A stretch of DNA of 64,000 nucleotides, from the NCBI GenBank assembly GCA_016185275.1, contig JACPNX010000015.1, positions 69,441 through 133,440 on the forward strand, given 5' to 3'. This document shows, piece by piece, positions 1-10,085 of the stretch (positions are counted from its first letter, which is position 1; the number at the start of each line of letters is the position of its first letter). The translations under genes were made by a program, and so were the position numbers. Origin of the DNA: Actinomycetota bacterium. GTDB lineage: Bacteria; Actinomycetota; Acidimicrobiia; Acidimicrobiales; Iamiaceae. Under the pieces are notes generated by a model. It ran no database searches and was not told where the DNA came from. It worked only from the letters and a program-made list of their open reading frames with translations.

Positions 1-1959
1 GTAGTCGTCGCGTCGCAGCGGCTTCTTCTGGCAGTCGAGGATGTCGTCGGCCAGCGGCATGCCCGCCGCCATGCGGGGCGTCCCGTACGACTGCACGGTC
101 TCGTCGCACACCGGCGAGGGGACGTCGGTGCCGGCGCCGTCGGTGCAGCGGTCGACCACGTCGCCCGGCTTGTCCTCGCGGATCTTGTGGGCCAGCGGCA
201 CCGCGCGCCGGTCGGCAGCCACCCGGGCGAGCCATCGGTCGACGGCGAACACCGAGGCATCGGCGAACGACGGGTCGCCGATGAGGGGAGCCTGCCCGCG
301 CCACAGCACCTGGTTGGCCGCGGTTCCGAAGTTCCGCAGCAGCCGGGCGCGCAGGGCGTAGGTGCGGTAGACGTCGTGGAAGGCGCCGGGGTCGGGCCCG
401 CGCAGGTCGATGATCGCGACCTGGTCGAGGTTGTTGGCCTCGTTGACGGCACCGGTCCGGTAGGCCCGCTCGACGGCCGTCCGATCGGGCTTCGACCGCT
501 GGGGGATGACGTCGAGGTTGTAGTCGAAGCCGCCGATGTTGGTGTTGATGTCCACGAACTGCTGCACGCTGATCGTCCCGTTGAGGAGGCCCTCCAGGCC
601 GTACTGGATGCCGTCGTCGCCCATCGGCCGGCGGGCGAAGCCGTCCGCGCGCTTGCCGAAGACGTTCACCATGTAGTCCTGCAGCGTGCACTTCACGCCG
701 CCCGGGTTCGTGTTCGGGTCGTACACCTGGCTGGCGGGCACGCCGGGACACGACCGGCTCGGGTCGCCGCTGTTCGGGATGGCGTTGGTGAACGTGACCG
801 GGTTCGAGATGTTCGGGTGGTCGAGCACCGCGCTCATGGCGACCGGATCCCACACCGTCCCCGGGGACCAACGGCTCGGATCCTCCCAGTACTTCAGCGC
901 GCCGTAGTAGTCGATGTACTCCATGGCCGACGACCAGGCGTCGGTGAACGAGCACTGGGGCGTGATCCCCTGGTAGATGCCGGGATAGGCGTTGGCGACC
1001 TGCTGTTGCACCAGTGAGCCGCCGGAGCATCCGGAGCCGATCGTCCAGCGCACCTCGCCGTAGCGGTCGATGACCCGTTCCTTGGCCATCACGAGCGACT
1101 CGGCCTGGGTGACGAGGTTGCAGTTGTGCCCGGCGTTGTCGAGCGCGGTGGACATCACGATGAAGCCGGCACCGAGCAGCTTGGGGTTCTGCACGCTCGG
1201 CGCAGACCCGGTGGCGTAGCTGGTGTCGCAGCTCGCCCCGTGGGTGATGACGAGGCGGCCGTTGTACTGCGCCTGCGGCGCCCACGGCTGCCAGGGCTGG
1301 CCGGGCTGCCACAGCGTGGCGATGGCGTACTGGTCCCGGTCGAGGTAGCCGGTCTCCTGCCGGACCACGAACGGCACGGTCACGCCCTCGGTCGTGGTCG
1401 TGCGGGCGATGGCCGAAGCGGGTGGCGGGTTGGACGGGTCGTAGCTCTGGAAGGGACCACCGGCGGCCGGCTCGTACACATAGGTGTACGTCGGCGGCTG
1501 GTTGCACTTGGCATCTCGCGCCCCCGCCTGGCAGGTCCACGGCTGGATCTGCGGGCCCGAGAAGACCGGTCCGCCGATCGGGTGGTCGGTGACGGTCAAC
1601 CGGGCGCCGCGGCCGTCGGGCAGGCGGGCGGTGAGCGTGTTGGCGCCGAGGCGCAGCCCGGTCACGAGACCCTCGAACTTGCCGTTGGCGCGGCGGGCGA
1701 AGCGGCCCGTGATGTCCGTGCCGTTCAGGCTCACCCGCACGGTCGACGGGTCGGTACCGGCCGGGAGAACCACCTGGGTCAGCGCGTCGCCGCCGGACAC
1801 GAGGTCGGCCCGGTTGCCCAGCGTCTTGATGGCCAGGGTCGTGGTCGCGGCCGACACGGGTGGGGGCGCGGCTCCGGGCGCTGCGGTCGCCAACGCCGCC
1901 GCGAGCACGACGACGGGGACGCAAGCCAAGACCAGGTGACGGCGCGGGCGTGCGGGCAT
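1..1959 (-). CDS. Secreted alpha/beta-hydrolase-like protein (tannase/feruloyl-esterase-like, possibly DUF6351-type); C-terminal end lies beyond the window edge
   Basis: Absent from the ORF track because there is no stop inside the window. Hand translation of the minus strand from ATG (complement of 1957-1959) stays open for all 653 codons to position 1: MPARPRRHLVLACVPVVVLAAALATAAPGA (signal-like) ... ERVIDRYGEVRWTIGSGCSGGSLVQQQVANAYPG (G-x-S-x-G-type elbow). Balanced composition, unlike the Arg/Gly/Pro-rich plus-strand shadows 187..1017 and 1126..2220. Family name is from memory, not a search. Confidence 0.6.
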   Translation of the reverse strand, partial: MPARPRRHLVLACVPVVVLAAALATAAPGAAPPPVSAATTTLAIKTLGNRADLVSGGDALTQVVLPAGTDPSTVRVSLNGTDITGRFARRANGKFEGLVTGLRLGANTLTARLPDGRGARLTVTDHPIGGPVFSGPQIQPWTCQAGARDAKCNQPPTYTYVYEPAAGGPFQSYDPSNPPPASAIARTTTTEGVTVPFVVRQETGYLDRDQYAIATLWQPGQPWQPWAPQAQYNGRLVITHGASCDTSYATGSAPSVQNPKLLGAGFIVMSTALDNAGHNCNLVTQAESLVMAKERVIDRYGEVRWTIGSGCSGGSLVQQQVANAYPGIYQGITPQCSFTDAWSSAMEYIDYYGALKYWEDPSRWSPGTVWDPVAMSAVLDHPNISNPVTFTNAIPNSGDPSRSCPGVPASQVYDPNTNPGGVKCTLQDYMVNVFGKRADGFARRPMGDDGIQYGLEGLLNGTISVQQFVDINTNIGGFDYNLDVIPQRSKPDRTAVERAYRTGAVNEANNLDQVAIIDLRGPDPGAFHDVYRTYALRARLLRNFGTAANQVLWRGQAPLIGDPSFADASVFAVDRWLARVAADRRAVPLAHKIREDKPGDVVDRCTDGAGTDVPSPVCDETVQSYGTPRMAAGMPLADDILDCQKKPLRRDDY

Positions 1960-2329
1960 GCGGGCTCCTCGGTGTCAGGTGCCTTCGCGGGCGAACAGGC
2001 GCGGACCCTCGCCTGTTCGACGCGAGGCACCCGAGTTCCTTCCCGCCTACCCTCGCGGGCGCCGTCTCTCCGGGCCCGCCGGTGGTGCGCACCATGCGCA
2101 GCGCAGTGCCCTCCGGGTCCGCGAGCACGTGGGCGCCCGCGCCGTCCTCCTCGACGCTACGGGCTGCTCCGGGGCGCCTTCGGTTTGGCTTGCCCGCCGG
2201 CGCGAACAGCCGACGGGTGAAGTGACGAGCCCGCGTTGTCCCGCCTACCGACCAGTAGGTAGGGTGACTTCCAGAGCCGTGCCGGCGCCCCGGGACGCCA
2301 CCCCCCACGCACCCGGAGAAGAGGGAACC

Positions 2330-3403
2330 GTGCCTCGAGCCAGAGCCATCGAACGCTCGCCCGACGAGAAGATCAACTGGAAGACGTCGGCGCCGTTCAT
2401 CGCGGTGCACTTCCTGCCCCTGCTCGCCTTCGTGACCGGCGTGACCGTCAAGGCAGTGATCCTCGCGGTCGTGCTGTACCTGGGGCGGATGTGGTTCATC
2501 ACCGCCGGCTACCACCGGTACTTCGCACACCGGTCGTACAAGACCAGCCGCTGGTTCCAGTTCGTGCTCGCCTTCGGCGGCGGCACCGCGGCGCAGAAGG
2601 GGGCCCTGTGGTGGGCCTCCCATCACCGCGACCACCACCGCTACAGCGACACCGAGCGCGACCTGCACTCACCGCAGAAGGGCTTCTGGTGGAGCCACGT
2701 CGGCTGGATCCTCTGCGACAAGAACAACGGGTGGGACGAAGAGGACATCCGTGACTTCGCCAAGTACCCCGAGTTGCGGTTCCTCACCAAGCACGACTGG
2801 ATCCCGCCGTGGACGGTCGGCGTGGCCTCGTACCTCATCGCCGGGTGGCCCGGGCTGGTCGTGGGGTTCTTCGCCTCCACGGTCCTGCTGTGGCACGGGA
2901 CCTTCACCGTGAACTCGCTGGCCCACGTGCTCGGCCGCCGCCGCTATGCCACCACCGACACGAGCCGCAACTCCTGGCTCATCGCCTTGTGGACCGGCGG
3001 CGAGGGCTGGCACAACAACCACCACTACTACCAAGCGTCGGCGCGCAACGGCTTCTACTGGTGGGAGTACGACCCGACGTACTGGGGCCTGAAGGTCCTG
3101 TCGTGGTTCCGGGTCGTGCGTGATCTCAAGGTGCCGCCGGAGCGCGTCCTGCAGCGGGCCCGGGTGCGCGACGGATCGTTCGACGTCGGCATCTTCCGCG
3201 CCCACTGGGCCCGGGCCACCGCCGCCCTGGCCGACGCCAGCAACCGCCAGGTCGAGGGTGTGGCGGCCAGGCGCGAGGCGTTGGCGGACCAGATCTTCTC
3301 GACGCGCCAGGCGCTCGAGGAGCACGTGCAGCACACGCTGCAGAAGGCCGACGAGCTGGGCAAGCTGTCCCGGCGCAACAACCGCGAGCTGGCCGCGGAG
3401 TAA
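2330..3403 (+). CDS. Integral-membrane acyl-CoA (delta-9-type) fatty acid desaturase
   Basis: Three histidine boxes within ORF 1958..3403: HRYFAHRS, HHRDHHRYSD, HNNHHYY. Start moved to in-frame GTG 2330, preceded by GGAGAAGAGGGA. The 124 upstream codons are Arg/Pro-rich with no family signal. Confidence 0.85.
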   Translation: MPRARAIERSPDEKINWKTSAPFIAVHFLPLLAFVTGVTVKAVILAVVLYLGRMWFITAGYHRYFAHRSYKTSRWFQFVLAFGGGTAAQKGALWWASHHRDHHRYSDTERDLHSPQKGFWWSHVGWILCDKNNGWDEEDIRDFAKYPELRFLTKHDWIPPWTVGVASYLIAGWPGLVVGFFASTVLLWHGTFTVNSLAHVLGRRRYATTDTSRNSWLIALWTGGEGWHNNHHYYQASARNGFYWWEYDPTYWGLKVLSWFRVVRDLKVPPERVLQRARVRDGSFDVGIFRAHWARATAALADASNRQVEGVAARREALADQIFSTRQALEEHVQHTLQKADELGKLSRRNNRELAAE

Positions 3404-3432
3404 GAGGGCCGGACCCGACGGGCCCGAGCGCC

Positions 3433-3452
3433 GCCGGCCGAACCCGGCCGGC
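3433..3452. terminator. GC hairpin between convergent desaturase and carD genes (terminator-like, no U-tract)
   Basis: gccggccg-aacc-cggccggc: perfect 8-bp stem with a 4-nt loop, 30 nt after the desaturase stop and 11 nt from the carD stop. Confidence 0.3.
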
Positions 3453-3462
3453 TCGGAGCGGC

Positions 3463-3942
3463 CTACGACAAGCCGTCGTTGAGCTTGTCGAGGGCGTCGT
3501 CCTCGGAGACGTTCAAGGCGAAGGACAGCTCGGACACGAGGATGCTGCGCGCCCGCTCGAGCATGGACTTCTCGGCCGTCGACAGGCCCTTGCCCTTCTC
3601 CCGGAGCGCCAGGTTCCGCACCACCTCGGCGACCTGGTACACGTCGCCCGACTTCATCTTCTCCTGGTGGTTCTTGAAGCGCCGCGACCAGTTGGCCGGT
3701 TCACGAACGTCGCGCTTGGCGATGAGCCGGAACAGGTCCTCGACGTCGGACTTGCTGATCGGCGGACGCATGCCCACCTCTTCGGCTTTGTCGACCGGGA
3801 CCCGCAGCGTGAGCTCGCCGTGCACCATCTGGAGGACGAGGTACTCGCGCTCCTCACCGAAGGCCTCGATCTTCTCCTTCTTCTTGACAACCGCCGCGCC
3901 ATGGTGGGGGTACACGACGCGGTCACCGACCTTGAAGCTCAA
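3463..3942 (-). CDS. carD: CarD-family RNA-polymerase-binding transcriptional regulator
   Basis: FKVGDRVVYPHHGAAVV...REYLVLQM...LTLRVPVDKAEEVGMRPP...NWSRRFKNHQEKMKSGD is the typical CarD/TRCF-RID plus C-terminal helical domain. Start trimmed to in-frame TTG 3942 with GAGGAG just upstream, giving about 160 aa, the normal CarD size. Confidence 0.9.
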   Translation of the reverse strand: MSFKVGDRVVYPHHGAAVVKKKEKIEAFGEEREYLVLQMVHGELTLRVPVDKAEEVGMRPPISKSDVEDLFRLIAKRDVREPANWSRRFKNHQEKMKSGDVYQVAEVVRNLALREKGKGLSTAEKSMLERARSILVSELSFALNVSEDDALDKLNDGLS

Positions 3943-4079
3943 CGCAGGCTCCTCGCACAACCGCCCGGAAGTGAACGGTGCACCAGTCTGCCAGGTCACG
4001 CCGCAGGCTCGAACCTGGAAGCCTGGCGGGTGACACAAGACTCATTGCAGGCAGGCTGCGACTTCTGGCGGACGAGGCG

Positions 4080-4085
4080 TAGCAT
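4080..4085 (+). promoter_or_regulatory. Candidate -10 hexamer (TAGCAT) placed for a leaderless P450 transcript
   Basis: TAGCAT ends 6 nt before the ATG at 4092, and no Shine-Dalgarno lies in between. No convincing -35 at 17 nt spacing. Confidence 0.2.
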
Positions 4086-4091
4086 CCAGCC

Positions 4092-5396
<1,305 letters not shown>

Positions 5397-5537
5397 GGGA
5401 CGGCCGCCTCGGCTCCGACGCCCACCTCGTGGTGCGCCGGCGGGCCTGAGCGGGGCCGAGGCCGGATGAGCTCGGGCGAAGCCGGACGAGCTCGCGAACG
5501 CCACCGAGCTGCGCCGAGCAGGCCGTACCCTTTCAGC

Positions 5538-6188
5538 GTGCCAACCGGGTTCGCGCTGCCGCCGTATCCCGGCCGCGGCGTCGGGCTCTTCACCGACACG
5601 TATGGCCAGCCGTGGTGGGCCTACTTCGTGACCGGCCGCAGCCCGGCGTCCCGCGCACGCGCGCTCGTCGCCGACGAGCGCGGGCTGGTGGTCGCCTCCA
5701 CCGTCGAGGGCGCCGCCCACGATTCCCTTCGCCACTACCGCTGCGCCCGGTCGGCCGGCGATCGGCTGGTGGTCGGCAACGGCGACCACGTGGACGCCCT
5801 CGCGGACGCACTCCTCGCCGGCGAGGATCTCGCCACGGCCGTCGAGCGCGTCGACCCCGAGCCGGATCCACCGCTGCACACGGCCCGGCTGGCATTGGTG
5901 GTCGGGCTCGCCGCCCACCTCGTGGCCGTCCGCGAGGAAGGGGGAGCGGTGGTGCGGACGGTCGACGAGCTCGAGCTCCGCTCGGGCGAGGGCTGGATCG
6001 CTCACACCTACGCGGGGCCGCTCGACGAACCGATCACGGCCGCGCGGCCGGTGCCCGTCCACGGAGTCGGCGACGTGGTGGAGACCGCCTCGGAGCTCTG
6101 GGAGGCGCTCGACGTGCGCCTGCGGGTCGGGCTCGCGCTCGGTCGCGCCCCGGAACCCGTGCCCGTGGTGACCCTGGCCCGGTCGTGA
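5538..6188 (+). CDS. IMP cyclohydrolase-like protein (archaeal PurO family homologue)
   Basis: YPGRGVGL...WWAYFVTGRSPASRAR, VVGNGDHVDALADAL and DPPLHTARLAL line up by eye with PurO blocks (YLGRILAVGR..AYRVSSRSFPNR; VSNGSHTDTIADKV; LNTPRIAA). Start is uncertain: GTG 5538 chosen, the ORF track starts at 5466. Confidence 0.55.
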   Translation: MPTGFALPPYPGRGVGLFTDTYGQPWWAYFVTGRSPASRARALVADERGLVVASTVEGAAHDSLRHYRCARSAGDRLVVGNGDHVDALADALLAGEDLATAVERVDPEPDPPLHTARLALVVGLAAHLVAVREEGGAVVRTVDELELRSGEGWIAHTYAGPLDEPITAARPVPVHGVGDVVETASELWEALDVRLRVGLALGRAPEPVPVVTLARS

Positions 6189-6198
6189 ACCGCGGCGC

Positions 6199-6879
6199 TC
6201 AGCCGGCCCGGGCGGCAGGCTCGGGCGCACGCTGGACGAACACCGACGTGGCGATCCTGGCCGACAACGTCCGGTCCGACCCGTCGACGGCGATGACCAT
6301 GGGCCCGTCGAACGGATGCTTCTCCTTCACCTCGACGGCCACGCCGGGGCGCACACCGAGGGTGTCGAGGAACTCGATCACCTGAGGGTCGGTCGAGCCG
6401 GGCACGGCCACCACCGCGATGTCCCCGGGCTCCAGGTCGTAGAGGGGTGGCATCGCAGGGATCTCCGCGGTCTGCTGCGCCGGGATGGGAAAGCCGTGTG
6501 GGCAGGTGGCCGGCCGGTCGAGCGCCCGGTAGATCCGGTCCTCGACCTCTTGCGGCAGATCGTGCTCGAACGACCCCGCCAGCCGGTCCGCCTCGTTCCA
6601 GGCGTAGCCCAACATGTCCGACAGGAACCGCTCGACGATGCGGTGGCGCCGGATCGCCGCCACCGCGGCCACCCGGCCCGACTCGGTCAGCTCCACCCCG
6701 CGGTAGGGCGTGTAGGCGACGAGGGCTCGCTCGGCGAGCCGCTTCACGGTGGTGGTGGCCGTGCCGGGACTGATCCGAAGGGCGTCGGCAAGGTCGCCGG
6801 TGTGGGCGACGGAGCGGTCGACCGTCAACCGGTAGACGGCCTTGAGAGCTTCGCGCTCGGACTTGCTGACCTGGGCCAC
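6199..6879 (-). CDS. DtxR/IdeR/MntR-family metal-dependent transcriptional regulator with C-terminal SH3/FeoA-like domain
   Basis: N-terminal wHTH (TGDLADALRISPGTATTTVKRLAERALV), metal and dimerisation helix (RRHRIVERFLSDMLGY...EADRLAGSFEHDLP), CPHGFPIP, and a C-terminal beta domain. GTG start. Confidence 0.85.
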   Translation of the reverse strand: MAQVSKSEREALKAVYRLTVDRSVAHTGDLADALRISPGTATTTVKRLAERALVAYTPYRGVELTESGRVAAVAAIRRHRIVERFLSDMLGYAWNEADRLAGSFEHDLPQEVEDRIYRALDRPATCPHGFPIPAQQTAEIPAMPPLYDLEPGDIAVVAVPGSTDPQVIEFLDTLGVRPGVAVEVKEKHPFDGPMVIAVDGSDRTLSARIATSVFVQRAPEPAARAG

Positions 6880-6897
6880 CGCCGTGCTTTCGATGGG

Positions 6898-6916
6898 GCC
6901 AAACCTACGTTTTGGC
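6898..6916. promoter_or_regulatory. 19-bp dyad GCCAAA-N7-TTTGGC upstream of the DtxR-family gene (candidate autoregulatory operator)
   Basis: gccaaacctacgttttggc has perfect 6-bp arms, the same overall length as DtxR/IdeR boxes, and starts 19 nt upstream of the GTG start. Confidence 0.3.
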
Positions 6917-6965
6917 GGCTCGCGGCGTCAACGCAGTGCGCGCGGTCAGCGCCGCTGCCGGTGCG

Positions 6966-7859
6966 TCAGACGTCGAGGTACAGGCTGGCGGCGATGCCGC
7001 TGAAGATGACGCTGACGGTGATGCCGACGACCACGAGGATGACGCTGATCCCGGTCACGTCGCTGTTGGAGACCGCGAAGTTGGCCAGCAGCTTGATGCC
7101 GCGCTTGTCGAGTTGGCTGTTGAACAGGTTGTTGCCGAACACGAGGACCGCCACGGCGAGGACGGAGCCGAAGATTCCCTGGACGAGGCCCTCGAGCATG
7201 AACGGGACGCGGATGAACCAGTTCGTCGCCCCCACCAGCTTCATCACCTCGATCTCGCGGCGGCGGGCGAACATCGCCATGCGGATGGTGTTGAGGATGA
7301 GGACCGCGGCGGTCATACCGAGGATCAGGGCGGCGAGCACGACCAGGTTGGAGATGAATCCCGCGATGGCCTGCACGGTCCGGATGGTGTCGTTGGCGCT
7401 GAAGACCTCACGCACGCCCGCCGACTTGGCGTACTGGTTCTCCAGCACCTTGACCGTGGCCACGTCGCCCCGGACGGGGACCACGCGGAACGACGGCGGC
7501 AGGTCCGACGGCTTGATGCTGGACAGCATCTCGGGCGAGTTCTTGAACAGCTTCTTCGCCTCTTTGTAGGCGGTCTCCTTGTCGACGTACTCGCTCCGTT
7601 TGACCTCCGGGTTGTCGGCCAGCGACGTCCTCATCGCCGCCGTCTGCTGCGGCGTCGCCGTCGGCTCCAGGTAGATGATGAGCTCGATGCCGCCCCGCCA
7701 GGTGGTGAAGGCGTTGTCCACCCCTTGGCGGATCAGGAAGGCCGCTCCGACCAGCACCAGCGACACGACGACGGTGAGGATCGTGGCGATGGTCAGACCG
7801 ACGTTGCGGACCAGGTTGGTGCCCGTCTCGCGAGCCACGTAGTCGACGTTCAGCGCCAT
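6966..7859 (-). CDS. ftsX: Cell-division ABC transporter permease FtsX
   Basis: Begins MALNVDYVARETGTNLVRN, with 4 TM segments, a large extracytoplasmic loop and the C-terminal REIEVMKLVGATNWFIRVPF motif. It lies immediately downstream of ftsE. The 30-codon N-terminal extension in the track was rejected. Confidence 0.9.
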   Translation of the reverse strand: MALNVDYVARETGTNLVRNVGLTIATILTVVVSLVLVGAAFLIRQGVDNAFTTWRGGIELIIYLEPTATPQQTAAMRTSLADNPEVKRSEYVDKETAYKEAKKLFKNSPEMLSSIKPSDLPPSFRVVPVRGDVATVKVLENQYAKSAGVREVFSANDTIRTVQAIAGFISNLVVLAALILGMTAAVLILNTIRMAMFARRREIEVMKLVGATNWFIRVPFMLEGLVQGIFGSVLAVAVLVFGNNLFNSQLDKRGIKLLANFAVSNSDVTGISVILVVVGITVSVIFSGIAASLYLDV

Positions 7860-7887
7860 GCGGGTGCGGATGCTCCGTGCGAGGGGA

Positions 7888-8565
7888 TCATTCGTAGACG
7901 CCGCGGACCTGGTCGCGCACGATCGAGCCGCGGTCGAGCTCGACGACACGGCGGCGCATGCTGTCGACGATCCCGCGGTCGTGGGTGGCCATGACGACCG
8001 TGGTGCCCGTGCGGTTGATGCGGTCCAACAGCCGCATGATGCCGACCGACGTGGCGGGGTCGAGGTTGCCGGTGGGCTCGTCGGCGAGCAGGATCAGCGG
8101 GCGGTTGACGAAGGCGCGGGCGATCGACACCCGCTGCTGCTCGCCGCCCGACAGCTCGTCGGGGTAGTTCCGCTGCTTCTTGGCCAGGCCGACGAGCTCG
8201 AGGATGGCCGGCACCTGCGTCTTGATGACGTGCTTCGGCCGGCCGATGACCTCGAGCGCGAACGCGACGTTCTCGTAGATGGTCTTGTTCGGCAACAGCT
8301 TGTAGTCCTGGAAGACGCATCCGATGTTGCGCCGCAGGTACGGGATCTTCCAGCTCGACAACCCGTTGATGTCCTTGCCGGCCACGAAGATCTTGCCCGC
8401 CTGCGGCACCTCCTCACGGTTGAGGAGGCGGATCATCGTCGACTTGCCGGAACCGGACGGGCCGACGAGGAAGACGAACTCGCCCTTTTGGATCTCACAG
8501 CTCGCGTCCTTGAGCGCGACGACGTCGCCCTTGTACACCTTCGTGACGTTCTCGAGCGTGATCAT
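7888..8565 (-). CDS. ftsE: Cell-division ABC transporter ATP-binding protein FtsE
   Basis: [11 protein letters not shown]..., Walker [10 protein letters not shown], signature [14 protein letters not shown], Walker [14 protein letters not shown]. Start set at ATG 8565; 49 upstream codons rejected. Confidence 0.95.
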   Translation of the reverse strand: MITLENVTKVYKGDVVALKDASCEIQKGEFVFLVGPSGSGKSTMIRLLNREEVPQAGKIFVAGKDINGLSSWKIPYLRRNIGCVFQDYKLLPNKTIYENVAFALEVIGRPKHVIKTQVPAILELVGLAKKQRNYPDELSGGEQQRVSIARAFVNRPLILLADEPTGNLDPATSVGIMRLLDRINRTGTTVVMATHDRGIVDSMRRRVVELDRGSIVRDQVRGVYE

Positions 8566-8711
8566 GCGCGTCGGCGGGAGGTCAGGCGGCGGGACAGGCT
8601 GAGCGCGCCGGCAGGCGGCTCGACAAGCGGGCAACGCTACCATCGGCGCTCCGGCGGCCTCGATCACGCACCGCTCGAGCGTTCGCCACGGTGCCGGCGG
8701 GTTGAAGCACA

Positions 8712-9773
8712 ATGGCTCTCGTGACGGGGGCGGGAACGACCGTAACCATGCCTCTCGGCGAGGTGCGGCGTGCGTTGCCCAAGCCCGTACGCACCCTCGA
8801 TCTCGCCACGTGGGTGCTGGAGAGCGTCTCCGCGATCGTGGTCATGGGCACCCTGGTCGAACTGGGCGGCCGACCGGGCGCCACTGGAGAGCCGACCTCC
8901 AAGGTGGTCGCGGCGGCGGCCGTCGTGATCCTGTCGCTGGCCATCTGGATGGGACGGCGCCGAACCGCACGCCTCGACGGCGAAGGCCTGCACCTGCGAG
9001 CCGGGTGGCGCCGCCCACGGATCTGCACAAGGTGGAACGAGATCGGTGGCTTTGCGGTCGCGCGGCGCCTTCCGCTCGGATGGGCAGAGGTCGACGTCAT
9101 CCTCGCCGACGGGACCAGCAGCCGCATCCCCGGCGTGATGCGGCTCGGCGAGGATCGACCGGAGGTGCGGCACGACGCCTACGGTCCACACCTGGTGGCC
9201 TGGGCGCGCACCCGCCAGCGGGAGGTGCAGGGCTTGCGGCCGGCGCACCCGGCACCGGCCGCCTCCGTGCGGCTCGCCGAGTGGGTGACGACGGCTCGGG
9301 GCGAGGGCCCCTACTACGCGATGACTGCCGTCTGGTACGGCACCTGGGCCTGGCTCGTCATGCCACGCGCCCGGGTCTGGGGTTGGACCGGCGCCGTCAT
9401 CGGAGTGACCATCGCCGCCGGGCTGTGGATCGCCCCTTACGCACTGGCCGCCCAGTGGTTCCGGATCGATCTGACAGACGACGGCCTGACGGTTCGGTCG
9501 TGGCGGCGCCGCCGCCTGCCATGGTCGGAGATCGAAGCCATCGGCACGACCTCGAAGGCCGTCGTCGGCATCCGGGCGCCGCTTCGGGTGGCGTTGCGCA
9601 CGACCTCGGGAGAGCTGGTCGTGCTTCCGTTCGGCTCGTCGCATCCCACGGTCCCGGGCGGCGGTTGGGGAGGACGCCTCGTCGACGCCGGTGTCCGCGC
9701 CGAGATCCTCCGCCCGTTCGCCGACGTGGCCCGGGCCCACGGGGTCGAGGTGGTCGTCGACCGATCACTGTGA
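8712..9773 (+). CDS. Membrane protein with two TM-pair plus bacterial PH-like modules
   Basis: Internal duplication: ...[35 protein letters not shown]... and ...[30 protein letters not shown]..., each preceded by hydrophobic helices. This resembles bPH (YdbT/bPH_6-type) domains. Start is ATG 8712 or ATG 8748. Confidence 0.6.
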   Translation: MALVTGAGTTVTMPLGEVRRALPKPVRTLDLATWVLESVSAIVVMGTLVELGGRPGATGEPTSKVVAAAAVVILSLAIWMGRRRTARLDGEGLHLRAGWRRPRICTRWNEIGGFAVARRLPLGWAEVDVILADGTSSRIPGVMRLGEDRPEVRHDAYGPHLVAWARTRQREVQGLRPAHPAPAASVRLAEWVTTARGEGPYYAMTAVWYGTWAWLVMPRARVWGWTGAVIGVTIAAGLWIAPYALAAQWFRIDLTDDGLTVRSWRRRRLPWSEIEAIGTTSKAVVGIRAPLRVALRTTSGELVVLPFGSSHPTVPGGGWGGRLVDAGVRAEILRPFADVARAHGVEVVVDRSL

Positions 9774-9885
9774 GGCTCGGGTAGCTCGTCCGGCCGGTCC
9801 GCCTGGTCCGGCCGCGATGGGAGGGCGGCGGAGCGTGTGGCCGGGTGTGCGGCCGGGCGGCCGGGCGGCGGCGGCGGCGCAGGCG

Positions 9886-10065
9886 GCGCATCGAAGCTGC
9901 GAGCCGGGGCGGGTAAACCGGGCGGCGGCGGCGCATCGAAGCTGCGAGCCGGGGCGGGTAAACCGGGCGGCGGCGGCGCATCGAAGCTGCGAGCCGGGGC
10001 GGGTAAACCGGGCGGCGGCGGCGCATCGAAGCTGCGAGCCGGGGCGGGTGAACCGGGCGACGGTG
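9886..10065. repeat. Intergenic 45-bp tandem repeat, 4 copies (3 identical, the 4th with 3 mismatches)
   Basis: Unit gcgcatcgaagctgcgagccggggcgggtaaaccgggcggcggcg at 9886, 9931, 9976 and 10021. It sits between the stop at 9773 and the start at 10086/10089. Confidence 0.95.
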
Positions 10066-10085
10066 ATCTCTAGCCTTGACCTTCG

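Noticed and set aside
3943-4091. A biarylitide-type mini-ORF (MxYxH pentapeptide) next to the P450 gene.
   Set aside because: I read both flanks (3943-4091 and 5397-5537) and found no ATG/GTG-initiated 5-6 codon ORF with the Y-x-H pattern.
6880-6965. smpB and tmRNA (ssrA), expected downstream of ftsX.
   Set aside because: Only an 86-nt spacer follows ftsX before the DtxR-family gene. There is no SmpB-like ORF or tRNA-like end there.
9886-10065. The 45-bp array as a CRISPR array.
   Set aside because: The units abut directly with no unique spacers, there are only 4 copies, and there are no cas genes in the window. It is a plain tandem repeat.
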